Positions 20,018 to 31,772 are shown, counted from the first letter of the stretch. The stretch: 64,000 nt of DNA from Candidatus Latescibacterota bacterium (GCA_965198115.1 OZ240241.1:2752001-2816000); one strand, 5' to 3'. The notes: generated by a model not told the origin, from the letters alone. A program made the numbers and translations.

Positions 20018-20739
20018 GGCGCCGCCTCCGTTCCCAACCGGCAATAGGCCTCGGCGCGTTCGCACGGCTTCATCCACGCCGTCATCTGAGCCTCCAGTCC
20101 ACGATATTTTGCGATAATCTCGTAGCGTTCCGGCAATTCAGGCTGCGAGGCCAGCTGGCGCAAAGCCTCCTTTTTCCTCTCGAACACAGCCGTCACATCC
20201 ACATACAGATTCGGCACGTAGCCCACGACGGGCGACGCCCCCGCGATCGGTTCGAAGCAGACGACCTCGGGCGCAGCACACGGCGGATGCTCGGTCTGGA
20301 TCCCCGGCCGGAAGCAATAACGGCAGGCCCAAACGACAGCTTGCACGGTTTCCACGTGGTCTGGGTGGAGAAAGTCGTCGATCCAGTGGCTTAGCACCAA
20401 ATCCGGTCGAAAACCTCGGATGATCTCAAGAATTCTGTGTCGACGTTCGGGTCCGACAAGGAGTGGACTGTCATCGAAGTCGAGACAGTCGATCGGTGCT
20501 CCGAGAACCTCTGCCGCTGCGTCGATTTCGTTCCGACGTAGAGTCTTTACTTCGTCGAGTGAAATATCCGGGTGGTCATTCCATACCGCGGGAGACTCAC
20601 ACTTCTCCCCATAGGTCAGGTCGTAGATGTGAACCTGGCATCCTGCGTCAACTAATCGGAGGATCGCCCCTCCGGCCCGTGAACAGAAGTCGGCAGCGTG
20701 GGCACTGAATACCAGAACACGTCTGTCAGGTCGAATCAT
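20014..20739 (-). CDS. PIG-L family deacetylase, GalB (4-oxalomesaconate hydratase)-like
   Basis: SAHAADFCSRAGG resembles GalB SAHSADFVWRAGG; GEKCES, HPDH. Confidence 0.8.
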   Translation of the reverse strand: MIRPDRRVLVFSAHAADFCSRAGGAILRLVDAGCQVHIYDLTYGEKCESPAVWNDHPDISLDEVKTLRRNEIDAAAEVLGAPIDCLDFDDSPLLVGPERRHRILEIIRGFRPDLVLSHWIDDFLHPDHVETVQAVVWACRYCFRPGIQTEHPPCAAPEVVCFEPIAGASPVVGYVPNLYVDVTAVFERKKEALRQLASQPELPERYEIIAKYRGLEAQMTAWMKPCERAEAYCRLGTEAAP

Positions 20740-20920
20740 CGCATCTTGCTCCTTTCTCCCTCAGGAAGGATCGAAAAACGGGCGGAAAGCCTCAAAGACT
20801 TTCAGAATCAGTGGTTGCAGTTCGCCACGATTGACTTATGGAATGAATTCCTGTAACTGCGCAGGTACCGAGATTTAGGACCGTACTTACCTCACGCGGG
20901 CTGACCAGAGGACAAGCCTT

Positions 20921-21241
20921 ATGATCTGGGCTCTTGGCGCCGTTGTCTGCTGCTCCCTGATCTATCTTTACATCATCATGATGAAGTACAGCCGCTTCAT
21001 CGAGGGGTCGCAGCCAAAAATCAAGCAGCTCGAAGAGCGAAACGGGAAGCTCTACGACGCCATATCGAACGAAACCAAGCTGTCCAGACAGGCTAAGGAG
21101 ATGTGCGAGGAAGCGCGTGTGTCCATCTCGAACATCAAAATGGACATCTCGAACATCGAACGCCAGATTACGAACGCAAAGAGTGTAGAAGAGCAGCTCG
21201 AAATGAAGAGCTACAAGAAACAATTCAACCGGGACAAGTAA
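20921..21241 (+). CDS. Small membrane-anchored coiled-coil protein
   Basis: GAGGA RBS; N-terminal TM helix followed by heptad-like helix. Confidence 0.75.
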   Translation: MIWALGAVVCCSLIYLYIIMMKYSRFIEGSQPKIKQLEERNGKLYDAISNETKLSRQAKEMCEEARVSISNIKMDISNIERQITNAKSVEEQLEMKSYKKQFNRDK

Positions 21242-21248
21242 ACCCGCC

Positions 21249-21533
21249 ATGTTTCTCGAAGTTGCTACACTGATCCTGCTCGCCCTGGTCCTGCTCTCCA
21301 AGTGGTGGACTTCCAGACATACACAAAAGTTGAGTCTCGAGCTGACTGAGTTGGAAACCACGCATTCGAAGCTTCAATCCGACCATTCCGCCCTCTACTC
21401 ACAGCGCCAGTCTGCGGAAGCTCAGCTGAAAGATCTAGAAGTAGAAAAGACGAAAACCGAGGAGCAGCTCGAGGAACTGAAGGACGACCTGGACGATCAG
21501 CTCGACAGGAACGAGGACCTCGACGATAGATAA
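21249..21533 (+). CDS. Small membrane-anchored acidic coiled-coil protein
   Basis: N-terminal TM helix followed by Leu heptads (LSLELTELETTHSKL..LKDLEVEK..LEELKDDLDDQL). Confidence 0.75.
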   Translation: MFLEVATLILLALVLLSKWWTSRHTQKLSLELTELETTHSKLQSDHSALYSQRQSAEAQLKDLEVEKTKTEEQLEELKDDLDDQLDRNEDLDDR

Positions 21534-21562
21534 GCCTCCTACAATCAGAAGGTGCAGAAAGA

Positions 21563-21607
21563 AAGCCGGCCGATGCGTAAATCTACGCTCGGCCGGCTTC
21601 ACTTTTT
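21563..21607. terminator. Bidirectional intrinsic terminator
   Basis: AAGCCGGCCGA..CGTA-AATC-TACGC.TCGGCCGGCTT with T-run downstream and A-rich upstream, between convergent genes. Confidence 0.75.
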
Positions 21608-21938
21608 ACCCAATCCTGTTTTCGCTCACCCTCGTAGATCGCTCCAGATGTCACCTGGATCGGTACATTCAACCGATTCGACGGAGCCGTCTCTCAGAAC
21701 ATCGAGATACGGCAGCTCTGCGTGGAAATTCGAGTAGGGCCCCCACATGACCGCCTTTTGGGTGTCCGTCATACCGTCGATCACTTCGTCCTCCCAGTAG
21801 GATTCCGGTGCCGCAAGGTTTTCAGCGATACCCGAACGCGTCGATGAGCGGGACGTGTATTTGTAGAGGACAGATCGACGCTGGTGCGCCGCCTGCCACG
21901 GAAACGTACCGTGCGTTTGGGCACCATCCATAAAAAAA

Positions 21939-23358
21939 GGCTCTATCCGGGTTTCTCAACGGTGAAACTATAGAATGACAAGGTCATAGATCGTTCCCTA
22001 CGCTTGGTTGTGTGTGTAGGACAATCAAAGCGAAGGGGGTGCGACCTATGACCGGGAGCAGATTACTATCGAAACTGCTGAGATTCAAGGGGTTCCGTGT
22101 TGTCAGCTGGTGGTTTGAGGGGAGAAGCTGCTTCGTCATCGCCGTAAAGCCACATAAGAATGGTTGTTGTTGTCCGGAGTGCGGCCGTCGAGGTAAAATC
22201 GTCCGCACAATGCCCCATCCGCGTCGGTGGCGTGACATTCCGGTGTGCGGGTGGAGGGTCTGGCTTCTCTACCATCCTCGGGAGATTCGGTGTCCTACCC
22301 ACGGTCGTGTGGTCGAGGAGATTCCGTGGGCGGAGCGGTTCTCTCGGGTGACGTATCGCTTCGAGTATGCCATGCTGCGCTACTGCCAGACCATGACGCA
22401 GAAGGCGGCGTCCGAGTTACTGCGCATCTCTGCCTCGACGCTGTCGGATCTCCTTCACCGATCCATCACGCGGCTTCGTGAAGGTCATCGTATCCGAGGG
22501 CTCAAAACCATCGGGATCGACGAGATCTCCTACGCCAAGCGTCACAGGTACGCCACGCTCGTTTACGATCTGGACCGCTCCTGCGTGGTGTGGGTTGGCC
22601 GCGGCAGGGCGCGTAAAACGATCGATCGGTTCTTCACAGAGGCTCTCAGTCCCTACCGGAGATCCAAGATCGAGTGGGCCTGCTGCGACATGAGCGAAGC
22701 TTACATCGGAGCCATCCAGGAACACTGTCCGAATGCCAAGCTGGTCCTCGATCGCTTTCACATCGTCAAGGCTCTCAATGCCGCCGTTGACGAGGTCCGT
22801 AAGGACCAGTGGCGTGAAGCTGCCCCGGATGAGCGCAAAGCCATGAAGGGCCTCCGATGGCTCCTCTACCGGCACTCAGCGACACGCTCCAGAGGGGATA
22901 CTCGGACACTCAAAGCACTGGAGAAGGCGAACTACCGAATCTATAGAGCCTGGAGACTCAAGGACGAGTTCGAGCAGTTCTGGGAATACAAAGCGCCCTG
23001 GGCTGCCGAACGCTTCCTGAAATGCTGGACGACGTCCGCACTCAGAAGTCGACTTGAACCCCTGCGAAAGTTCGTCAGGACCCTGCGACAGCACTTCTTC
23101 GGCGTCCTCGCATTCGTGAACACGCGTCTTACCAACGCCATCGCCGAAGGCCTCAACCGAATCGTCCAAATCGTCAAGAACCGAGCCAGCGGATTCCGCA
23201 CACTCGACGCATTCAACGATATGATCTTCCTTACCGTCGGAGACATAAACATCCCTGAGCAGATTCCGAAGAGGTTCCGCACACTCTAACCGCGCCCCCA
23301 TGCCAGGAACCACGGCACCTTCACCCACTTCAGCTCGTTGAGAGATCCGGATATAGCC
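21939..23358 (+). mobile_element. ISL3 copy 2 (1420 bp)
   Basis: Near-identical to copy 1; left flank ATAAAAAAA. Confidence 0.97.
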
Positions 23359-23367
23359 TAAAAAAAA

Positions 23368-24787
23368 GGCTCTATCCGGGTTTCTCAACGGTGAAACTAT
23401 AGAATGACAAGGTCATAGATCGTTCCCTACGCTTGGTTGTGTGTGTAGGACAATCAAAGCGAAGGGGGTGCGACCTATGACCGGGAGCAGATTACTATCG
23501 AAACTGCTGAGATTCAAGGGGTTCCGTGTTGTCAGCTGGTGGTTTGAGGGGAGAAGCTGCTTCGTCATCGCCGTAAAGCCACATAAGAATGGTTGTTGTT
23601 GTCCGGAGTGCGGCCGTCGAGGTAAAATCGTCCGCACAATGCCCCATCCGCGTCGGTGGCGTGACATTCCGGTGTGCGGGTGGAGGGTCTGGCTTCTCTA
23701 CCATCCTCGGGAGATTCGGTGTCCTACCCACGGTCGTGTGGTCGAGGAGATTCCGTGGGCGGAGCGGTTCTCTCGGGTGACGTATCGCTTCGAGTATGCC
23801 ATGCTGCGCTACTGCCAGACCATGACGCAGAAGGCGGCGTCCGAGTTACTGCGCATCTCTGCCTCGACGCTGTCGGATCTCCTTCACCGATCCATCACGC
23901 GGCTTCGTGAAGGTCATCGTATCCGAGGGCTCAAAACCATCGGGATCGACGAGATCTCCTACGCCAAGCGTCACAGGTACGCCACGCTCGTTTACGATCT
24001 GGACCGCTCCTGCGTGGTGTGGGTTGGCCGCGGCAGGGCGCGTAAAACGATCGATCGGTTCTTCACAGAGGCTCTCAGTCCCTACCGGAGATCCAAGATC
24101 GAGTGGGCCTGCTGCGACATGAGCGAAGCTTACATCGGAGCCATCCAGGAACACTGTCCGAATGCCAAGCTGGTCCTCGATCGCTTTCACATCGTCAAGG
24201 CTCTCAATGCCGCCGTTGACGAGGTCCGTAAGGACCAGTGGCGTGAAGCTGCCCCGGATGAGCGCAAAGCCATGAAGGGCCTCCGATGGCTCCTCTACCG
24301 GCACTCAGCGACACGCTCCAGAGGGGATACTCGGACACTCAAAGCACTGGAGAAGGCGAACTACCGAATCTATAGAGCCTGGAGACTCAAGGACGAGTTC
24401 GAGCAGTTCTGGGAATACAAAGCGCCCTGGGCTGCCGAACGCTTCCTGAAATGCTGGACGACGTCCGCACTCAGAAGTCGACTTGAACCCCTGCGAAAGT
24501 TCGTCAGGACCCTGCGACAGCACTTCTTCGGCGTCCTCGCATTCGTGAACACGCGTCTTACCAACGCCATCGCCGAAGGCCTCAACCGAATCGTCCAAAT
24601 CGTCAAGAACCGAGCCAGCGGATTCCGCACACTCGACGCATTCAACGATATGATCTTCCTTACCGTCGGAGACATAAACATCCCTGAGCAGATTCCGAAG
24701 AGGTTCCGCACACTCTAACCGCGCCCCCATGCCAGGAACCACGGCACCTTCACCCACTTCATCTCGTTGAGAGATCCGGATATAGCC
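23368..24787 (+). mobile_element. ISL3 copy 3 (1420 bp), head-to-tail with copy 2
   Basis: Separated from copy 2 by TAAAAAAAA (23359-23367); right flank ATAAAAAA. Confidence 0.97.
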
Positions 24788-25492
24788 ATAAAAAAGATCA
24801 CATCCCCGGCTTTCACCTCCGCTTGTCGCACTGCAAACTTATGGTCGCGGAAATATTTCAGGTCGTCGGGCATGTGATAATTGGACTTATGGCTGCCCGT
24901 TACATAAGCAAACCCGCCATCACCCAGCCTGGCGTCGGCGAACTGCCAGGACACGGTCACACCACCACAGAATGAGCGACTACTTTGATGATGATAGGCG
25001 ACATAGGGTTTATGCCGGTTTCCAGACCCGTGGAGCCGCAGCCCCTCGACACCGCGCGTGTGGGCGAGCAGTTCTGGCCCGTGATCCAGGCGGAACCCCC
25101 TCCCACACATCTCGATCAGCCTCGTCACGACCGCGGGATGGATGAGCATCTTTCTGAATGGTGTCGAAAGCGGCTCCGGAATCTGAAGGAAAAACGGATA
25201 CGCGTTGTCCGTCCTCACAACCTTTCCCTGGAATACCTTGCGTTTGCCACCATCCGAGTTGTCGAGCCCTTCCCGTAACAACTGCTTGGAATACGCCTCG
25301 ATCGCCTCGTTGGCTTCCCGCACCTCTTCCGTCGTAAGCACGTCCCGCACCACGAGGTAGCCTGTCAGGTCCCAGAAGTACCGCTCTTTCTTGTCCATCA
25401 CGACCATCCTTCAAACATTGTTCGAGTATTCATCACTCTCTGATTCTGGGATCTCTTGGTTCCCAGTCCTGATTCCCCCGAAACGGTAGTCC

Positions 25493-26359
25493 TCACCAGG
25501 ATTCTGCCCCCAACAGCTTCTTCCCGAGCTCTGTGAGCTCTGCGCGTTCCCCCCGCTTCTGCTCCCATCCCCGCGGGTCACCTGGCCAACGCGGCGTCGG
25601 GCGGCATTCTCGCCAGGCCGATACGCGTTCCTCACGTGCCGCCTCATTCTCGAAATTTGCCGGACTCATCGTAATGTACTGCGCAAGTCGCGGACGGTCG
25701 GTGCTGTTTCGACCGTTGCCGTGGGCCAGCAGTCGATGCCAGATCAGCAGGTCTCCAGCCTTGCCGGATATCGCTTCGACGGTCAGGCCGTTCAAATCGG
25801 GTTGACGCGTGTTGCGATCTTGGGGCTGGGACTTCACCCACTCATCGAACATGCGGTGGAACCCGGGCACGCACTGGAATCCGCCCTGATCTTCACTCGT
25901 GTCGGTCAGATAGAGAACCCCCTGAACACCGAATGGAATCTGATTCTGCGATGTGTCGACGTCCCAATGAATCATGCCCGGATGGTCCCACTCAGGCATA
26001 TCATCACGTGCGGGAGGCTTCATGTTCGCTCGATCCAGGCTGACCCAGAGCCTGTCCTCCCCGAGGATCTCCCGAAACGCCTCGTAGACACGGGGACACT
26101 GTCTGTTGTCCCACAGTGCCTGCTGTTGATACACCTCCACCATCCCCGCCAGTGAAATAGGGGAGGGCGGCTCACCGTCACGTCCACGGGGCGGATGGTG
26201 ATACCACTGCTCCGGATCCTCCCCATCCACCTGGAGGAAGTCCCAGATTGTTCGGACCATCGCCTCCAGATTTTCTTCTGGAACGGCACGCGGGACGATC
26301 ACATACCCGTTCTGTTCCCAGAATGCACGATCCCCATCACTCAGAACGGCCATGCGCAT
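25493..26359 (-). CDS. Phytanoyl-CoA dioxygenase (PhyH) family protein
   Basis: FWEQNGYVIV, IHWD, QGVLYLTD..GGFQCVPGFH, GDLLIWH..LAHGNG..R (2-His-1-carboxylate). Confidence 0.9.
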   Translation of the reverse strand: MRMAVLSDGDRAFWEQNGYVIVPRAVPEENLEAMVRTIWDFLQVDGEDPEQWYHHPPRGRDGEPPSPISLAGMVEVYQQQALWDNRQCPRVYEAFREILGEDRLWVSLDRANMKPPARDDMPEWDHPGMIHWDVDTSQNQIPFGVQGVLYLTDTSEDQGGFQCVPGFHRMFDEWVKSQPQDRNTRQPDLNGLTVEAISGKAGDLLIWHRLLAHGNGRNSTDRPRLAQYITMSPANFENEAAREERVSAWRECRPTPRWPGDPRGWEQKRGERAELTELGKKLLGAESW

Positions 26360-26383
26360 CCTCGATCTTCGATTCTACAGGCT

Positions 26384-27370
26384 CTATGGCACGAAAACTT
26401 CGTTCACGTCGCTGGGCTCGAACCCTTCTCCGACCCCTCCCCCGATCACATAGATTCGATCTTCAAAACCGATAGCGGCCATCGCTTGTCGAGGCGTAGG
26501 CATCGGAGAAGGCAGGATATCCCACTCATCCCGCCCCGAGTTGTAGCGCCAAACCTCGGGGCGCACTTCCACCGCGGAGGGAAAGCCCACAGGGGATCCA
26601 CCGAACAGGTAAATACGAGAACCCAGGGACACCGCAGCCAGACCACTCAACGGCACTGGCATGGGGCCGGCCGAGTGCCACCGGTTCGTAGCGGGGTCGT
26701 AGACCTCAACAACATTCAGGGCAATGTCATCCCCGTTTCGTCCCCCAAACGTGTAGATCAAGCCTTCGTGCGCGGTCGCTGCCAGGCGGTCTCGTGCTGT
26801 TGGCATGGGAGCGAGGCTCGCCCACTCGCCGGCCACCGGGTCAAAGGCCTCGTTCAGGTTCGTTTTCCCAAGGGCCAGGTTTCCGCCCCCGATGGCGTAG
26901 ACCAAGCCCCCGAGCCCCACGACAGTGTGGGCCCCCCGAGCCGTGGGCATCCGACGTCCCGAGGACCAGGATTCCTCCAAAGCATTGTAGATGAAGACAC
27001 GCGAGCTGGCGTCGCCGCTCCCCGTGAATCCCCCCGTCACGTAGAGTCGATTGCCCACGACAGCGCCACCCGCGTGTTCACGGCCACGCGGGATGGGCGT
27101 TCCGGCCACCCAGACGTCGGTATTCGGATCGTAGATACTCACATCCCGGATCACCGCCCGGTCGCTGAAAGTCCGTCCCAGACCGCCGATCAGGAAGATG
27201 GAACCGCCCAGGGCAACGCCTAGCAAGTTTTGGCGGCTGGAAGACAGGCGGGAGGCCACCAACCAGACATTGCCTCCAGAACCAACAGGGTCTGGAACCG
27301 GACCACAGCCGGGCGACAAGAGCAAGGGAACCATCAGCGTGCAACAAGCAAGTACTCGGATCACCGTCAC
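26384..27370 (-). CDS. Kelch-repeat beta-propeller lipoprotein
   Basis: Six repeats of R..A....IY..GG...YDP....W; signal ending LLLSPGC. Confidence 0.88.
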   Translation of the reverse strand: MTVIRVLACCTLMVPLLLSPGCGPVPDPVGSGGNVWLVASRLSSSRQNLLGVALGGSIFLIGGLGRTFSDRAVIRDVSIYDPNTDVWVAGTPIPRGREHAGGAVVGNRLYVTGGFTGSGDASSRVFIYNALEESWSSGRRMPTARGAHTVVGLGGLVYAIGGGNLALGKTNLNEAFDPVAGEWASLAPMPTARDRLAATAHEGLIYTFGGRNGDDIALNVVEVYDPATNRWHSAGPMPVPLSGLAAVSLGSRIYLFGGSPVGFPSAVEVRPEVWRYNSGRDEWDILPSPMPTPRQAMAAIGFEDRIYVIGGGVGEGFEPSDVNEVFVP

Positions 27371-27647
27371 CCCTCTTCTACGCCTGTCCCCCACCACCAT
27401 CCCGGTCAACGAAAACGGGGGTGCGGCCTCGCCGTTGTGTCCCCCCCGGTGGTGATGCCAGCTGCTCCGGCAGCCACATCGAAAAGCGGGACCTACCGAT
27501 CGACGATTTTTCTGGCCCCGCAAGAGTTACGACCACCCCGAGCACGAGGCCCGGACCGCCGAGTCGATTCGCCAGACGATCGAACACATCCGCACAACCC
27601 AACCCGACGACGTCTGAGTGATGGCATCGATCTTCGATCCTCAATAT

Positions 27648-28639
27648 CTACGGTAGGTAGACCTCGTTCGCCCGGCTTGGATGAAACCCGACCTCGTCGC
27701 CCCCGCCGATCAGGAAGATACGATCCTCCAGCAGCACGGCCGCCATGCCGTGTCGCGGCGTTGGCATCGCAGAGGGCGAGAGTTCCCATTCGTCTCCCCC
27801 CGGATCGTATCGCCAGACCTCCGCACGCAATTCGGGCGTGAAGCCCGTCGTAGTTCCTCCGAACACGTAAATAAAGTGGCCGAGGGAAACCGCCGACGGC
27901 GCCCTGAGGGGCAGAGGCATGGGGCTGGCCGAACGCCAGTGGTCAGCGCGAACGTCGTAGATCTCGACCACGTCGACCGCGGTATCCTTACGGGCTCCGC
28001 CGAAAGCGTAAATGCTCCCCTCGTGCGCGGCCGCCGCCAAAAGGTTGCGTGGGGTTGGAAGCGGCGAAAGTACCGCCCATTGGCCCGTCGATGGGTCATA
28101 CCGCTCGTTGGCCGCCCTGTCGCCCGCCTCGGCATCCCAGCCGCCAATCGCGTAGATCGATCCCCCGTGCACGACCGCGGCCAGCGCGCCGCGCGGGGTC
28201 GGAAGGCTGGCCCCCTCGGTCCAGGAATCTTCGGTGGGATCGTAGACATACACCGTCGAACTCGTGCGACCCATCCTCGTGAAGCCGCCCAACGCATAGA
28301 GCCGATGGTCCACAACCACGCCGGCCAGGTGACGCCGGGCGCTCGGGATGGGCATGCCCGGACCCCAGACGTCCGTTCCAGGATCGTAGACGCTGACATC
28401 GCGGAGAGTGGACCTATCGCCGAGTGATCTCCGTAGCCACCGATCAGAAAGATGAGGTCGTTCAGGGTAGTCGCGGCAAGATTCTGACGTCGGAACGAAA
28501 TGGGAGACCGTAGGACCCACTCGCCGCCTGGATCCCCAGGCCCGGTCACTGCCCCTGAGCGCTTCGGTAACGGGCCGCACGCACCCATTGCCAAGGCTAA
28601 CGCGATCGGAGCTCGAAGCAGGTAAGGGGCACAGAACAC
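27648..28639 (-). pseudogene. Kelch-repeat lipoprotein paralogue, frameshift about 28430
   Basis: Lipobox LAMGAC in ORF 28639; repeats continue in ORF ending 27648; collinear with the adjacent Kelch gene (both end ..S..NEV(F/Y).P). Confidence 0.85.
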
Positions 28640-28642
28640 GGC

Positions 28643-29720
28643 TCAGTCCGTTCGCTTCAATCCGCCGACGAATCCCCTGTTGTGTGGCTTGAGGCTCGCA
28701 TCGGTCCCGAGCGAATAATGCTTGCTCATGTCCGGCGAAAAGCGTCGAGCCGGCGCGTCCTTGCCCATCACTTCGGCAATCGCCCGAACGTGATGCGGCG
28801 CCCCCCTACAGCAGACACCCTGATACCGAATGCCAGCGTCGAGCGCGATCTTTGCCACTTCCGCCACCTCGAATCTGTTACACGTGAACGGATCGAGCGC
28901 GATCGGGAATGGACGATCTTCCGGTATGACCGTGCAATCCGTATCGGCGAGGGCCTGGAAAACCGGCATGTCGGGTGACGTCCGATACGGTACGGGTAGC
29001 ATCGCGACTTCACACGACACAGCCTCGCGCACTCGGAGGGCAATCGGCAGCATCGTAACGGGACCTCGCGTGCAGTTCAGACCAACAACCGGCGGCCCCA
29101 TTGTCCTCGAGTCCCTTCGCCGCATCCACGATCGTCGTGTCGTCCCTCAGGATGTGCTCATCGTGACAGGCGAGCGTGACAACCGGCGTCAGATCGGCAC
29201 GTTTGATCGCCTCCAGTGCCGCCAGCGCCTCATCATAGTAGTAAAGCGTCTCTGCGATCATGAAATCCACACCGGCATCCGCCGCCCAGGCAATCTGCTC
29301 TTCGAACATGGGTACGACGACAGCCGCGGAGCCTTCAGGATCGGCAGGATCCCAAACGTTCGTATTGCAGATGTTGCCGGCCACCAGGGGACGCTCGCCG
29401 CCCAATTCAGCTGCCTCGGCCGCAGACTCCTTCGCCAGCGACAGAGTCTGTTGTTGCATCGGCTGGAGCAAATCCTCCTTGCCGATCAGCCTCAGCTTCT
29501 CCCGATGCGCGTAGTAGGTCAGCGCCTCGACGACATCGGAGCCTGCTCGGATAAACTCTCGGTGCAGCTGCTTGACCGCATCTGGAAACTCGATCACCAC
29601 CTCCGGAACGAACGCACCTGCCTGCATGTAGCCGCGCCGCTCCAGCTCGAAAAGGTAGCCCTCCGCACAGATGGCTCCACCATCCGCCAGTCGTGTCATC
29701 AGATCTCGACAGTCGCTCAA
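28643..29720 (-). pseudogene. Homocysteine S-methyltransferase (BHMT-like), frameshift about 29093
   Basis: CAEGYLFELERRGY..GAFVPEV, AGSDVVEALTYY, IAET, VVGLNC, GVCC zinc ligands. Confidence 0.88.
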
Positions 29721-29772
29721 CGAGTCACTCCTTCAATCCTACAGGAAACGAGTTTACGAAGTCGACGGCGCC

Positions 29773-31770
29773 TCAACCGTGGTCGCGTGGAATCGACCGA
29801 GTCCACGATCGTTCGAATAGAGTACGTGAATCCTCAGTCACACGCAGCTGATTTTCAACGTGGAAGTTGTGCGCATCTGCCGTCATGCGACTCCATACGC
29901 GGACCGCCACATCCCACCTCTCGCGTCCTATATCGATATCCCGCGTGCTGATGGTCTCGGCCGAGAACGGATCGTGAGGTGCGATTCGATAGACATCCTC
30001 CGCACGTTCGGCATACTCCAGGCCGTTCATCAGGCGGAAGGTTCCGATGTCGGTGGTAGATCGCGTTTCGGTCTTTTCTCCACGGCTCACCACGCGTCCA
30101 CGGGAGCTCTCCTGCAACGTGATGCGTTCGATGGGCGCCGAAACCTCCGCTTCCGGAAACGTGCGTGGCAATAGAGTCTGGCCCGTCGGCAACTGGAGCG
30201 AGCTGGCCGACAGATCGATTTCGAGCCTGGGCGTTCCGGGTGGGGGCCAGGCGAACGGCCAGCAGGTCGAAGAAATCGACAAGCGCCATCGGTGGCTCGG
30301 CAGAATCCGATACGCGATCGCCATGAGCTGCATCTGAATGTCAAACGGTTCTCCGGGCACGATCGGCGAAGGATGCTCGTGAGAGTCCCGGTGTGTCAGG
30401 TTGAGGAAGCCCCACGACACGAGTGAAGACGTGCCGTCCGGCCCTACATCGCACAAGCGGGCACAGACGAGAGCGGTCGGTGAGTCCGACACGAGCCGGA
30501 GACGCAGGACGGGAAACCCGAGCACGACCATCGGGTCGGCCTGGGGCGAAGCGTCGTAGGAGAGGGTACGAGCGTCATCAAAAGCCTGGTCTTCCGCGAA
30601 ATCCTCGATCGCCCCGTAGGAACACCAGTTTCCCATGAGGGAACCCACATCCTGGTCCGTTTGGACGACCTCGGAGCCGGTAGAGACCCTCGATCCGAGA
30701 GTGCGCTCTCCGTCGCTACGGGTGGGATAAAGCACGGCTGCCTCGTGATCGGACGGCCAGTCGACGTCGTACCAGCCTCCGGGAAAAGTCTTTCCGTGTT
30801 TGTGGAACGGCTCTCCATCCTGAACCCAGACCGACAGAGCTGGGCCCTCCGTGATGCCTGTCTCTTCGCCCTTCAGGCACCAATCCCACCATCTCAGGCT
30901 CTCCTGCAGAAACCCAATCGCAGGCCCTGGCAACCCTTCCTCGGGAAAGTTGTGTGCCCACGATCCGATCATCCCCTTGCGGGGGCACGTCAAACGCTCG
31001 AGCAGACGGAAGACGGCGTCCGTGTAGGCGTCCGCCCAACCTCCGACCGCGTAGACCGGGCACGTGATGGAGGCATAGTCCTCGCAAACGGACCCCTGCT
31101 GCCAATAGGCGTCGCGACGCTGGTGTGAAAGCCACCGCTCGACCGACGGTTCCATGGACTCCAAACGCTCGAGCCACTGATCGCGCCAGCCTTCCCCGAC
31201 GACTTCCGGATCGGGGGGACGCGCGTCGTAGGCCAACATCGTCGAGCTCCAGTAAAGCATCTTCTCCGCCAGGGCGCACCCACCCCTGTAATGAACGTCG
31301 TCGGAGTACCGATCATCGGTCGAACAGAGTGTGATGATACCTCCCAATTCGGGCGGCCTGTGGGAGGCGACCTGGAGAGAGTTGAACCCGCCCCACGACT
31401 TACCGAACATGCCCACACGCCCCGTTGACCACGGCTGTGCGGCGATCCAGCTCAGCACCTCCAGGCAATCGGACTGCTCTTGTGGAAGATACTCGTCAGC
31501 CAGAAAGCCGTCCGAGTCCCCGCATCCTCGCATGTCCACCCGAATAGAGACGTATCCGTGACCCGCAAACCACGGATGTCGAAGCGCGTCGCGCACGACC
31601 GTCCCGTCGTTCTTGCGATACGGCAGGTATTCCAGCAGTGCGGGTACCGGATTCTGTTCGGCATCCTGCGGCAACCAGATCCGAGCGGCCAACCGGGTCC
31701 CATCCTCCAGGGGAATCCAGATGTGCTCGATCGTGCGGATCGTTCGGGGAAAGTCGTGACGTATGTTCAT
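29773..31770 (-). CDS. CocE/NonD family hydrolase (peptidase S15)
   Basis: EYLPYRK, GKSWGG nucleophile, DDVHYRGG, GGWADAY. Confidence 0.92.
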   Translation of the reverse strand: MNIRHDFPRTIRTIEHIWIPLEDGTRLAARIWLPQDAEQNPVPALLEYLPYRKNDGTVVRDALRHPWFAGHGYVSIRVDMRGCGDSDGFLADEYLPQEQSDCLEVLSWIAAQPWSTGRVGMFGKSWGGFNSLQVASHRPPELGGIITLCSTDDRYSDDVHYRGGCALAEKMLYWSSTMLAYDARPPDPEVVGEGWRDQWLERLESMEPSVERWLSHQRRDAYWQQGSVCEDYASITCPVYAVGGWADAYTDAVFRLLERLTCPRKGMIGSWAHNFPEEGLPGPAIGFLQESLRWWDWCLKGEETGITEGPALSVWVQDGEPFHKHGKTFPGGWYDVDWPSDHEAAVLYPTRSDGERTLGSRVSTGSEVVQTDQDVGSLMGNWCSYGAIEDFAEDQAFDDARTLSYDASPQADPMVVLGFPVLRLRLVSDSPTALVCARLCDVGPDGTSSLVSWGFLNLTHRDSHEHPSPIVPGEPFDIQMQLMAIAYRILPSHRWRLSISSTCWPFAWPPPGTPRLEIDLSASSLQLPTGQTLLPRTFPEAEVSAPIERITLQESSRGRVVSRGEKTETRSTTDIGTFRLMNGLEYAERAEDVYRIAPHDPFSAETISTRDIDIGRERWDVAVRVWSRMTADAHNFHVENQLRVTEDSRTLFERSWTRSIPRDHG

Positions 31771-31772
31771 CG

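Larger units (their letters stand above)
21626..25407 (-). pseudogene. Phytanoyl-CoA dioxygenase (PhyH) family gene split by two tandem ISL3 copies
   Basis: 5' part ..FWDLTGYLVV..GFRLDHG..GSHKSN..KAGDVIFFM (25407-24788) continues as DGAQTHGTFPW..RRSVLYKY (21931-21626). Confidence 0.9.
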
